A DNA stretch of 64,000 bases from Deltaproteobacteria bacterium (GTDB lineage: Bacteria; Myxococcota_A; Polyangia; Fen-1088): positions 512,001-576,000 of the forward strand of contig JANRKS010000032.1 of NCBI GenBank assembly GCA_033763315.1, given 5' to 3'. Made by a program: the position numbers and the translations under genes. Under the pieces are notes generated by a model that made no database searches, was not told the origin of the DNA, and saw only the letters and a program-made list of their open reading frames with translations. This document shows, piece by piece, positions 28,965-37,977 of the stretch (positions are counted from its first letter, which is position 1; every line of letters begins with the position of its first letter).

Positions 28965-31900
28965 ATGAGCAACGAGTTTTCCAACGGGTTACAAGTCTTT
29001 CACCCCGCCGTCCGGGACTGGTTCACGCGTTCCTTTGCCGCACCCACCCGGGCGCAGACGCTTGGTTGGCCTGCCATCGCTGCAGGGCAATGGACCTTGA
29101 TTTTCGCACCCACGGGCAGCGGAAAAACGTTGACGGCCTTTTTGTGGGCGCTCGATCGTTTGATGTTCACCCCGCGCCCTGCAAAGGAAAGGCGTTGCAG
29201 GGTTATCTATGTTTCGCCTCTGAAGGCCTTGGCCATCGACGTTGAGCGAAACTTGCGCGCGCCCTTGGCCGGCATCGCCAACGTTGCCACTGAACGTGGC
29301 GACGCGTTTACCATCCCGCAAATTGCCATACGCACAGGCGACACCCCGCAGTCAGAGCGGGCGCGGTTCCTCAGAGATCCGGCCGACATTCTGATCACGA
29401 CGCCGGAATCGCTTTACCTCATGATGACGTCGAACGCGCGCGACGTGTTGCAAGGCACAGAAACGATCATCATCGACGAAATTCACGCGCTGGTGCCCAA
29501 CAAACGTGGCGCGCACATGATGCTTTCGATTGAACGCTTGGCATTGCGATGCACTAAGCCGCCCCAGCGGCTGGGCCTATCGGCCACGCAACGGCCGTTG
29601 GATGAAGTGTCGCGCTTTCTGGCGGGTCCCACCCGTCCCGTCACGATCATCGACACGCAGGAGAAGAAGAAGCTTTCGCTGCAGGTGGAAGTGCCGATCG
29701 AAGATATGGCACGTTTGGCGGAAGCCACGCTGGTCAGCGGCCCGGCGGCGGCGGGGCCACGTTCACCATCGCTATGGCCCGCGATTCATCCGCGCTTGCT
29801 GGAGCTCATTCGCGCGCACACGTCGACCCTGATCTTTGTCAACTCGCGACGCTTGGCGGAACGCTTGGCCACCGCGCTCAATGAGTTGGCGGGTGAGCCG
29901 TTGGTCCAAGCGCACCATGGTTCCATCGCGCGTGCGCAGCGTGTCCTTATTGAAGATGCTCTAAAGTCGGGCCGGTTGCCTGCGCTCGTCGCCACGTCCT
30001 CGCTCGAATTGGGGATCGATATGGGCGCGATCGACCTTGTGATCCAGATCGAAGCGCCGCCCTCCATCGCTTCGGGATTGCAACGCATCGGGCGCGCCAG
30101 CCACCAGGTGGGCGCGCGGTCTGAAGGCATTTTGGTGCCAAAATTTAGGGGCGATCTGGTGGCGTGCGCCGCGGTGGTGGAGGCGATGCGTGAAGGCGCA
30201 ATCGAGCCCACCCGGTACTTGCGCAACCCGCTCGATGTGTTGGCGCAGCAGCTTGTGGCCATGGTGGCGATGGACCCTTGGTCTGTCGACGCGCTGTTTG
30301 AAGCCGTTCGTGCGACGGCGCCTTACGCCGACCTATCGCGCGGCAGTTTCGACGGCGTCCTCGACATGTTGTCCGGGCTCTATCCGTCAGACGAATTCGC
30401 TGAGCTGCGGCCACGTGTCACGTGGGATCGTGTGGCCGGCACGCTGACGGCACGGCAAAGCGCGAAGCGGGTGGCCATCATCAGTGGTGGCACCATTCCA
30501 GACCGTGGGCTCTACGGTGTGTTCTTGATGGGCGCCGAGAAACGCTCGCAGGCGCGGGTCGGTGAATTGGACGAAGAGATGGTGTTCGAATCGTCACCCG
30601 GCGATACATTCATGTTGGGCGCCTCCACATGGCGAATTGAAGAGATCACACACGACCGTGTGATGGTCACGCCGGCACCGGGGCAGCCTGGGAAGATGCC
30701 CTTTTGGAAAGCGGATGCGGCCGATCGAAGCGTTCCCTTTGGTGAAGCGATCGGCAAGCTCGTGCGAGAGATCGGAGAAGCGGCGCCCGAGGCCGCGTTG
30801 GCGCGGCTGACCACGCGCCACAACCTGGACATCAAGGCGGCGCACAATTTTTTGCAGTATCTGCGCGATCAGGTGGAAGCCACGGGTGTGGTGCCTGACG
30901 ATCGCACCATCGTCATCGAGCGTGTGAAAGACGATTTAGGCGATTGGCGCGTGTGCGTTCTGTCGCCGTGGGGTGGCAAGGTGCACGCGCCGTGGGCCAT
31001 GGCCGTCACCGCGAAGGTGCGCAATGAACTGCAGATCGAAGTGGAAACGATGTGGAGCGACGACGGCTTCATCGTGCGTTTCCCCGACACAGAAAACGCA
31101 CCGGCTGCTGACTTGTTGTTGCCAACGTCCGATGAAGTGGAAGGACTGGTGTTGCGTCAATTGGGTGCCAGTGCCCTGTTTGCCGCGAAGTTTCGCGAAG
31201 CCGCCGCGCGGGCCTTGTTGCTGCCGCGGGTGCGCATCGCTGGCCGGACGCCGCTGTGGCAACAGCGAAAAAAAGCCTACGATCTTTTGCAGGTCGCCTC
31301 TCGATTTGGGTCTTTCCCAATTTTGCTTGAAGCTTATCGCGAAACGCTGCGCGATGTGTTTGACGTCCAAGCGCTGGTTGAACTGACGAAGAAAATTGGC
31401 GCCCGCGTGATTCGCGTGCACACAGTGGACACACAAAAGCCTTCGCCGTTTGCGTCGTCGGTGCTGTTTCGATACGTCGCCAACTTTCTTTACGACGGCG
31501 ATGCGCCTTTGGCCGAACGCCGGGCCCAGACGCTGGCCATCGATCAGTCACAGCTGCGCGAACTGCTGGGGGAACCCGAGCTGCGTGAGTTGCTTGACGC
31601 AGATTCATTGACGCAAACGGAACTTGAGCTGCAACACCTGGCCGAAGGGCGCAAGATCACCAGCGCCGATGGCCTGCATGATTTGTTGATCCGCTTAGGT
31701 GATCTGAACGCAAGCGAGCTTCGCGCGCGCAGCTCGGTGGACGTGTCGCCATGGCTCGCTGAGCTGCAAAAGCAACGTCGCATCATCGAGGTGACGGTGG
31801 CAGCGCAACCACGGTTCATCGCCGTTGAAGACGCTTCCCGGTACCGAGATGCCTTGGGCACACCCTTGCCACCAGGGCTTGCCGATCGCTATCTGCAATC

Positions 31901-33356
31901 CGTTGACGATCCTGTGGCAGATCTCGTGTTGCGCTTCGCGCGCACGCACGGACCCTTCACGGCACAAGATCTGTCGAGCCGCTATGGGTTGGGGGTGGCC
32001 GTCGCCACGCTGACGTTGAAACGGTTGGCCGAACGTGGGCGCGTGCTGGAGGGGGAGTTTCGCCCGACCGGCACGCAGCGCGAATGGTGTGAGCAAGACG
32101 TCCTGCGTACGATTCGGCGGCGCTCGCTTGCCAAACTCCGCAAAGAAGCTGAGCCCGTTGATCCGCCGGCCCTCGCGCGGCTTTATGCAAGTTGGCAGGG
32201 CGTTACGCGCAAGCGGCGCGGCCTAGACGCATTGCTCGAAGTCATCGAGTCCCTGCAAGGCACACCGATGGCTGCATCGATCTTCGAGCAAGACATCCTG
32301 GCCGCGCGTCTTATAGATTATCGACCTTCCGATCTCGATACGCTCTCAGCGGCCGGCGAAATCGTGTGGGTGGGGGTGGAGCCGCTTGGCAACAACGACG
32401 GCCGCATTGCTTTATACCTCACCGATCACCTGCCCGCGTTGTCGCAGCCACAAGCGGCGGAGGATGCGCCGCTGCTCACGCATCTACGTGCACGGGGCGC
32501 GTCGTTCTTCAGCGACATGCAGTATGAGTTAGGGGGCTTTCCCGGTAAGTTGGTGGATGTTTTGTGGGATCTGGTGTGGAAGGGCCTGGTGACCAACGAT
32601 ACCTTTCACTCGTTGCGCGCCTTCACGAAGCCCAAGCTGCCCCAACGAACCGCACCGCGCTTTCGGTCGCGTCGTGTGGCCGCTCCGTCCACCGAAGGGC
32701 GTTGGTCACTCGTGCCACGCACGCAAGTCACTGACACCCAACGTTGCAAGGCCTTGGCTCAACAACTCTTGGCTCGCTATGGCCTTGTTACGCGTGAAGG
32801 CGCCGCCGCAGAGAATCTTGTGGGTGGCTTCTCTGCGATTTATCCCGTGCTCAAAGCCATGGAGGAAGCGGGCAAAGTGCGGCGTGGTTATTTCGTGACC
32901 GGTCTTGGCGCCCTGCAGTTTGCGACGGGCGGTGCCATTGATCTGCTGCGCGTGCTCAAGGATGAGCCCGAGAAGCCTGAGACACTGATCTTGGCCGCCA
33001 CGGATCCCGCAAACCCCTATGGCGCCGTTTTGCCGTGGCCGTCATCCATGTTCTCGCTTTCGCGCAGTGTGGGCGCGCATGTGATCTTGGTCAACGGCGT
33101 GATGACCTGTTATGTGCCACGCGGGGAAAAGCAGCTGTATGTGTTTTTGCCCGAGGACGACCCGCAACGCACCGTTGCCGCGCGCGAAGTGGCGAACACA
33201 CTTGCCGCATTGGTGAAGCAGGGGCACCGACGTGCGCTGCTGATCGCGCTTGTGAATGATGAATCGGTGGGCCGTTCACCACTAGCGCCGTTTTTGGCGC
33301 AAGCCGGTTTCGTCCCCACAGCGGTGGGATATCAGATTCGCGTGACCAATGCCTGA
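28965..33356 (+). CDS. lhr: Full-length Lhr ATP-dependent helicase
   Basis: APTGSGKT, DEIH, GLSAT, HHGS, SLELGIDMG, QRIGRA, C-terminal LARYG...RRGYF; 1463 aa. Confidence 0.93.
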   Translation: MSNEFSNGLQVFHPAVRDWFTRSFAAPTRAQTLGWPAIAAGQWTLIFAPTGSGKTLTAFLWALDRLMFTPRPAKERRCRVIYVSPLKALAIDVERNLRAPLAGIANVATERGDAFTIPQIAIRTGDTPQSERARFLRDPADILITTPESLYLMMTSNARDVLQGTETIIIDEIHALVPNKRGAHMMLSIERLALRCTKPPQRLGLSATQRPLDEVSRFLAGPTRPVTIIDTQEKKKLSLQVEVPIEDMARLAEATLVSGPAAAGPRSPSLWPAIHPRLLELIRAHTSTLIFVNSRRLAERLATALNELAGEPLVQAHHGSIARAQRVLIEDALKSGRLPALVATSSLELGIDMGAIDLVIQIEAPPSIASGLQRIGRASHQVGARSEGILVPKFRGDLVACAAVVEAMREGAIEPTRYLRNPLDVLAQQLVAMVAMDPWSVDALFEAVRATAPYADLSRGSFDGVLDMLSGLYPSDEFAELRPRVTWDRVAGTLTARQSAKRVAIISGGTIPDRGLYGVFLMGAEKRSQARVGELDEEMVFESSPGDTFMLGASTWRIEEITHDRVMVTPAPGQPGKMPFWKADAADRSVPFGEAIGKLVREIGEAAPEAALARLTTRHNLDIKAAHNFLQYLRDQVEATGVVPDDRTIVIERVKDDLGDWRVCVLSPWGGKVHAPWAMAVTAKVRNELQIEVETMWSDDGFIVRFPDTENAPAADLLLPTSDEVEGLVLRQLGASALFAAKFREAAARALLLPRVRIAGRTPLWQQRKKAYDLLQVASRFGSFPILLEAYRETLRDVFDVQALVELTKKIGARVIRVHTVDTQKPSPFASSVLFRYVANFLYDGDAPLAERRAQTLAIDQSQLRELLGEPELRELLDADSLTQTELELQHLAEGRKITSADGLHDLLIRLGDLNASELRARSSVDVSPWLAELQKQRRIIEVTVAAQPRFIAVEDASRYRDALGTPLPPGLADRYLQSVDDPVADLVLRFARTHGPFTAQDLSSRYGLGVAVATLTLKRLAERGRVLEGEFRPTGTQREWCEQDVLRTIRRRSLAKLRKEAEPVDPPALARLYASWQGVTRKRRGLDALLEVIESLQGTPMAASIFEQDILAARLIDYRPSDLDTLSAAGEIVWVGVEPLGNNDGRIALYLTDHLPALSQPQAAEDAPLLTHLRARGASFFSDMQYELGGFPGKLVDVLWDLVWKGLVTNDTFHSLRAFTKPKLPQRTAPRFRSRRVAAPSTEGRWSLVPRTQVTDTQRCKALAQQLLARYGLVTREGAAAENLVGGFSAIYPVLKAMEEAGKVRRGYFVTGLGALQFATGGAIDLLRVLKDEPEKPETLILAATDPANPYGAVLPWPSSMFSLSRSVGAHVILVNGVMTCYVPRGEKQLYVFLPEDDPQRTVAAREVANTLAALVKQGHRRALLIALVNDESVGRSPLAPFLAQAGFVPTAVGYQIRVTNA

Positions 33357-34170
33357 AGGCGATACGATTCACCGTGCTGCACACACCCTGAATTTGGCGT
33401 TAGCAGGCCAAACCGTGACTTCGTTTGCCAGTGTGTTTCCCGCGCTCTTGCGCAGGGATGAGGACCATCCCTTGGTGGGCCGCGTGGTCGAACGTGTTTA
33501 CGCCCTTGGCAAGAACCTATTGATGCAGTTCTCTGGCGACCTGTTTTTGCGGACGCATATGCGCATGCATGGCAGCTGGCACATCTATAAGCCTGGCGAG
33601 CGTTGGCAGCGTCCCCGCGATGAGATGCGCATTGTTATCGAAACGCCGGCGTGGGTCGCGGTGGCGTTCGCTGTGCCGGTGGCTGAGTTTCATTCTGCGG
33701 CCTCGCTGCAGCAGCAAGAAGATGTGCGTCTGATTGGGCCTGATTTCGCTGCAGAGACGTTTGATTTCGATGAGGCCAAACGCCGCGTGCAGGCGCGCCC
33801 CACAGAAGAGATCGCCGATGTGCTTCTGAACCAGCGTGTGGTGGCGGGCCTTGGCAACGAATACAAAAGTGAGGTCCTATTCATTGCTAAGGTGCATCCG
33901 TTCGCCTTGGTGCAAGCGGTTCCTGATGCGGCGCTCATGAAGGTGCTCGAGACGGGGCGCAAACTGATGCTGGCCAACACGGCACCGGGCGCACGTGGGC
34001 GCGTGACAACGTTTAGCCTTGATCCAAGGCAAGCCCAATACGTTTACGAGCGCAGTGGTAAGCCCTGCCGGCGTTGCGGGGCTAGGATTCGCTTTGCTCG
34101 TCAGGGTCCCAACGCACGCGTGACGTTCTGGTGTGAGCCCTGCCAATCGACCGGGGCACCTGCGCGCTAA
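33349..34170 (+). CDS. nei: Fpg/Nei family DNA glycosylase/AP lyase
   Basis: MPEGD N-terminus, H2TH (LLNQRVVAGLGNEYKSE), zinc finger CRRC...CEPCQ. Confidence 0.92.
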   Translation: MPEGDTIHRAAHTLNLALAGQTVTSFASVFPALLRRDEDHPLVGRVVERVYALGKNLLMQFSGDLFLRTHMRMHGSWHIYKPGERWQRPRDEMRIVIETPAWVAVAFAVPVAEFHSAASLQQQEDVRLIGPDFAAETFDFDEAKRRVQARPTEEIADVLLNQRVVAGLGNEYKSEVLFIAKVHPFALVQAVPDAALMKVLETGRKLMLANTAPGARGRVTTFSLDPRQAQYVYERSGKPCRRCGARIRFARQGPNARVTFWCEPCQSTGAPAR

Positions 34171-35261
34171 CTGGATTCCGCCGTTTCGCTCTCCGCCGTT
34201 TCTTGCTTCCACAGTTGCAAGAGCGTGAAGAACAAACTCAAAGCCAAGGGCCCGGCCACCAACCCGATCGCACCGAACAACGCCACACCACCCAACAGGG
34301 AGAAAAACACCACCGCTCCGTGCAGCTGCTCTTTGCCCTTGGTCAGCAGTGGCCTCACCACGTTATCCACCACGCCAACCACCAAGGTGGCCCATGCGGC
34401 CAAAAACAAGGCCGAATACAGATGCCCCGTGGCATACAGCAGCAGCGCGAGTGGCAGCGCCACCAGCGCGGTGCCGATGGCAGGGAAGAACGAAGTAAAG
34501 AACGTGAGCAGGCCAAAGAAGAAAGCCTGGGGCACGTGCGCGATGAAATAGCCAATGGTGGCAACCGCGGCTTGCGCCAACGCGGTCAGCAGGTTGCCGC
34601 CAAGGACAACGCGAGCTGATTGACGAAAGCGCACCAGCACTTGCCTCGTTCGATCCGATCGCAGCGGAACGTTGTTGTTAGCCCATCGTCGCAAACCGGG
34701 CCCATCCGCAAACAGGAAGAACATGGCCACGGTCATCAATGCATATTGAGTGACGAAGGCACCGAGCACAGTCAAGCCGCCCATCGCCCGACGCGCCAGC
34801 GAGCCCGACGCCCCCAAAGTTTGCCCGATGTCTTTCGGCAAAGTGACGGTGTAATCAAGCAGCCGTGAAGCGAAGGGCTCAGGCAGCTTCATGAGCAGCT
34901 CTTTGTACTTGCCTTCGTCGATGAAACCGCGCACGACGTAAAGAGCGTCATCCGCTTGCGAAATGGCGATGGCCACCAGCAACGCAATCGGTGCCAGAAT
35001 CAAAACATTGGTGCCCACCGTCATTACCGTTGCCGCCAACCAACGCCGCCCCCGAAACGTGCGAACCAGCTTTTCCTGAATGCCGTTGAGCCCCGCGGTG
35101 ATCACGGCGGCCAGCAACAACGGTTGCCACAGCGGCAGGAGCAATGCGGCGATCAGCGCCCCGCTCGCCATCAGGGCCCAGAAGGTGAAGCGTCGTTCCG
35201 TTGTGGGTGGTGCAACGACCAAGTGTGGCTCCTCCGGATTCACTTTCGTTCGTAGTGGCAC
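34167..35261 (-). CDS. AI-2E family transporter (YdiK-like)
   Basis: SFFPAIGTALV, DNVVRP, FSLLGG...FGAIGLVAGP. Confidence 0.9.
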   Translation of the reverse strand: MPLRTKVNPEEPHLVVAPPTTERRFTFWALMASGALIAALLLPLWQPLLLAAVITAGLNGIQEKLVRTFRGRRWLAATVMTVGTNVLILAPIALLVAIAISQADDALYVVRGFIDEGKYKELLMKLPEPFASRLLDYTVTLPKDIGQTLGASGSLARRAMGGLTVLGAFVTQYALMTVAMFFLFADGPGLRRWANNNVPLRSDRTRQVLVRFRQSARVVLGGNLLTALAQAAVATIGYFIAHVPQAFFFGLLTFFTSFFPAIGTALVALPLALLLYATGHLYSALFLAAWATLVVGVVDNVVRPLLTKGKEQLHGAVVFFSLLGGVALFGAIGLVAGPLALSLFFTLLQLWKQETAESETAESS

Positions 35262-35275
35262 AGCCCCCCATTATA

Positions 35276-35291
35276 TGCACGGGATGTGCCC
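35276..35291 (-). promoter_or_regulatory. sigma54 promoter (AI-2E)
   Basis: Minus strand GGGCAC-ATCCC-GTGCA. Confidence 0.6.
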
Positions 35292-35296
35292 GAAGT

Positions 35297-35312
35297 TGGC
35301 GCAAACAGTGCA
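35297..35312 (+). promoter_or_regulatory. sigma54 promoter (aminotransferase), back-to-back with the previous one
   Basis: TGGCGC-AAACA-GTGCA. Confidence 0.6.
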
Positions 35313-35380
35313 AGGAAACCCAGCAAGGGCACCTGTCGTTTGCGAACCTGCGGCAAAAGGGCCGCGAAACCATACGAAAT

Positions 35381-36532
35381 ATGACCTGGAACCCCAAACT
35401 TTCTTCGGCAACGGCGCGGTTTGAGCACATGGCGCGTGAGGCGGCAAGCGATCCCGACGTCATCACTTTGGGGGCAGGCCTACCGGCAGAGGAAACGCTT
35501 CCGTCGGCCGAGCTTTCACAAGCCTTCGCGCGAGTGATGTCGTCGCCAAAGTTGGCTTCCGAAGCTTTGCAGTATGGGTGGCCCGAAGGCGCCGCGCCTT
35601 TGCGTGAATACATCGCGCACCGGCTCGCTGCACGCGGGGCCACGGTTGAACCCGACGAGGTGATCGTGACCAGCGGTGCCCAACAGGCGTTGGCCTTGAT
35701 CGTGTCCGCTTTGAAACCGCTGTTACCGTCCAGCAAGTTGCAGATCAACGTGGGTGAACGCTCCTATGCCGGTGCACTTGAACTGTTCAGGGCGCACGGT
35801 TTTGCGTGCGTGGTAGAACCCGCGCCCGTTGTCTATGCGATGCCCGCGCTCGCCAACCCAGGCGGCGAAAGAGGGTTGGGCCCTTCCCCTTCACCATCGT
35901 CGCAGCCTGGCACCTGGTTCCTTGAAGACGATGCCTATGCTGATCTCAGCTTTGATGGGCGCACGCCGCGTTCATGGTTGGCGATCAATCGCTGCAGCGT
36001 CTTTCACGTGGGCACGCTTTCGAAAACTGTGTGTCCTGGTCTTCGGGTGGGTTGGGTCGTCCCGCCTCCTGCGCTGGCACGATCGATGTTGCATCTAAAA
36101 CGTGAAGCCGACATTCAAACAGCGGGCTTAGGTCAAAGCACCGCCCTAGCGTTCTTGCAGGCAAACGACTTCGACGAACGCCTCGCGCGTCTGCGCACCT
36201 TTTACGCCACCCGTGCCGACGCTTTGATGTCGGCCCTGCGGACGCATCTGCCATCTTGGCGCTTCGTTGAACCAGAAGGAGGCTTTTCGCTGTGGGCCGA
36301 GCCGGATGTGCCCCTACAAGAAGCAGGCTTTGTGGCCGCGTGTTTGGAAGCCGGCGTGAGCCTCGACCCCGGTTCGGCTTGTCGTCCTGTTTCGCCCGGC
36401 CAGGAGCACACGATCGCGCCGGGGCTGCGCTTATGTTTTTCCAGCCAAAGTGAACGACGGTTACAAGCAGGCACGCGACGCTTGGCTCGCGCCTACGCAC
36501 GCTTGGCCGCCTCCGTCGTCAAGCCTGCTTAA
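35381..36532 (+). CDS. PLP-dependent class I/II aminotransferase (LysN/ARO8-like)
   Basis: LQYG, TSGAQQAL, EDDAY, GTLSKTVCPGLRVGW, PEGGFSLW. Confidence 0.88.
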   Translation: MTWNPKLSSATARFEHMAREAASDPDVITLGAGLPAEETLPSAELSQAFARVMSSPKLASEALQYGWPEGAAPLREYIAHRLAARGATVEPDEVIVTSGAQQALALIVSALKPLLPSSKLQINVGERSYAGALELFRAHGFACVVEPAPVVYAMPALANPGGERGLGPSPSPSSQPGTWFLEDDAYADLSFDGRTPRSWLAINRCSVFHVGTLSKTVCPGLRVGWVVPPPALARSMLHLKREADIQTAGLGQSTALAFLQANDFDERLARLRTFYATRADALMSALRTHLPSWRFVEPEGGFSLWAEPDVPLQEAGFVAACLEAGVSLDPGSACRPVSPGQEHTIAPGLRLCFSSQSERRLQAGTRRLARAYARLAASVVKPA

Positions 36533-37053
36533 GGCGCGGCCACAATGGCCACGTTGCCCGCTTCGTTCCACCGGTGTGCGAACTCATCGAAGCGTTGCAC
36601 CACGTAGCCACGCTGCGGATCGATCAACATCAGTTTCGATGCCACGGGCGACGTGCCCACAACCACAACGAAGTGACCATAGCGCCGCTGGTTCTCGTCC
36701 ATCGCCACGCCAACGATCACAGGGCGTCCCTTGGCCGTTTCGTTCTGCAGATCGCCGATGGATCCGGCGATAACAAACGCGAGCAACCCTGACGCTTCCA
36801 ACGCTTGTTTGATTTGCCCCGCGCGCACGCCATTGTCGCCGGTTTTCATGGCGACGGGCACGGGTTTATCCCAATGGGCCACCACCATTTGCGCCGCCGC
36901 CAGGCCGCACGCGCGGCGGTCCGTTTGAATCACGGGCGTGATGTGTGGCACCACGTTCCACGCGTCTTGCGTGGCCAGTGTTGGTGGTTGGTTCACAACC
37001 GCGGGAGCGCAAGCGCCCAAACCCAACACCACGCCCAGCAGCCAGAACTTCAC
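36529..37053 (-). CDS. Stand-alone C39-like cysteine peptidase lipoprotein
   Basis: LGAC lipobox; QTDRRACGLAA, GRPVIV, GHFVVVVG, LIDP (Q/C/H/D residues). Confidence 0.85.
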   Translation of the reverse strand: MKFWLLGVVLGLGACAPAVVNQPPTLATQDAWNVVPHITPVIQTDRRACGLAAAQMVVAHWDKPVPVAMKTGDNGVRAGQIKQALEASGLLAFVIAGSIGDLQNETAKGRPVIVGVAMDENQRRYGHFVVVVGTSPVASKLMLIDPQRGYVVQRFDEFAHRWNEAGNVAIVAAP

Positions 37054-37364
37054 AGCACCACGATCAAGATCACCAACAACAACACGATGGCCGCGGTGGA
37101 GCCGCCAATGTAGAGCCCGGCGCCGCCGCCCTCAAAGTTCTTTTGGGTCGTCGCCATCTGTTCGCGCCCTTGATAAGTTTGCACGAACGCCGCACGGTCT
37201 TGGCTGCTGTTGGCTAACTCAGCATTCCCCGCTGGGCTGGGCGGCGTTGGTTGAACGGCCACGCCTGCTGTCTCCGTGGGCGAGCCCCACGCGGGCATGC
37301 CTTGCACACACAACCACAGTCCACCCAAACCGATCGCTGTTTTCATCCATGTACTGGCTGTCAT
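37050..37364 (-). CDS. Exported small protein with FEGG motif and hydrophobic C-terminal tail (putative C39 substrate)
   Basis: Signal peptide ending PAWG; ...YQGRE...KNFEGG-GAGLYIGGSTAAIVLLLVILIVVL; GTGA coupling to peptidase. Confidence 0.75.
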   Translation of the reverse strand: MTASTWMKTAIGLGGLWLCVQGMPAWGSPTETAGVAVQPTPPSPAGNAELANSSQDRAAFVQTYQGREQMATTQKNFEGGGAGLYIGGSTAAIVLLLVILIVVL

Positions 37365-37404
37365 TTGTCCGTCCTCGTACTGGCTGTCATTTGTCCGTCC
37401 TCGT
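37351..37404. repeat. Perfect 26-bp tandem duplication of RBS plus start codon
   Basis: GTACTGGCTGTCATTTGTCCGTCCTC at 37351-37376 and 37377-37402. Confidence 0.95.
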
Positions 37405-37688
37405 TAGGCCGCCGCACTTAGCTCGGACCATTGCGGCCCTTGCAACACTGCAGGTTTTTCAGGGCGATGGCTGCCAATGCACTTCGCCAATGTCTTCGAG
37501 TCCCATGCTGCATCGATCGCCGTCACAGGCACGGTTGTGCGTGCGCCGTTGGCATCGAACACAGCCACACTTGCCACCCCTTTCGCCGAAGCGACGCGTT
37601 TTGCAGCCGCCACGGTGAACCACATAGGCACGGTCACCATGGCTGGTGCCGCGGCCTTCCCCTCAATCCTGTATGCCCCCGTCTTCAT
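37404..37688 (-). CDS. Small protein, possibly a degenerate single CBS domain
   Basis: VTVPMWFTVAAAKRVASAKGVASVAVFDANG resembles the CBS pattern; ATG 37688 lies downstream of a sigma54 element. Confidence 0.5.
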   Translation of the reverse strand: MKTGAYRIEGKAAAPAMVTVPMWFTVAAAKRVASAKGVASVAVFDANGARTTVPVTAIDAAWDSKTLAKCIGSHRPEKPAVLQGPQWSELSAAA

Positions 37689-37703
37689 CTTGCCGAACAG
37701 CAA

Positions 37704-37719
37704 TACAAAAAGCGTGCCG
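37704..37719 (-). promoter_or_regulatory. sigma54-type element (CBS-like/precursor/C39 operon)
   Basis: Minus strand CGGCAC-GCTTT-TTGTA. Confidence 0.6.
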
Positions 37720-37785
37720 CAACAAAAGGCGACCCAGCACTGGTATAAAGGGCGTGCGTTGCCAGGCTTTCCTCGCTCACGTTTC

Positions 37786-37977
37786 GTGCTTTGGATTATG
37801 GTTTCTGTGGCGGTTGCTGCCGCCGCGTGGGCTGTCTATCGCCTGCGTTGCGACGGCCGCCCGCCGCTAAACAATGGAAACTGCCCCGATCCCAGCGAAG
37901 AAGCGGACCCGTCAAGCCTCAAACAAGGCTCCATTCCCGGCAACCGTGACGGTACGCCGGGGCAACAGATCCGCTAA
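37786..37977 (+). CDS. Possible small membrane protein
   Basis: VLWIMVSVAVAAAAWAVYRLR hydrophobic N-terminus fills a gap; no clear RBS. Confidence 0.3.
   Translation: MLWIMVSVAVAAAAWAVYRLRCDGRPPLNNGNCPDPSEEADPSSLKQGSIPGNRDGTPGQQIR

Noticed and set aside
36529-37364. Classical bacteriocin/RiPP cluster
   Set aside because: No ABC exporter, modifying enzymes or immunity gene; precursor has a Sec-type signal
37351-37404. CRISPR-like repeat
   Set aside because: Two adjacent copies without a spacer; no cas genes
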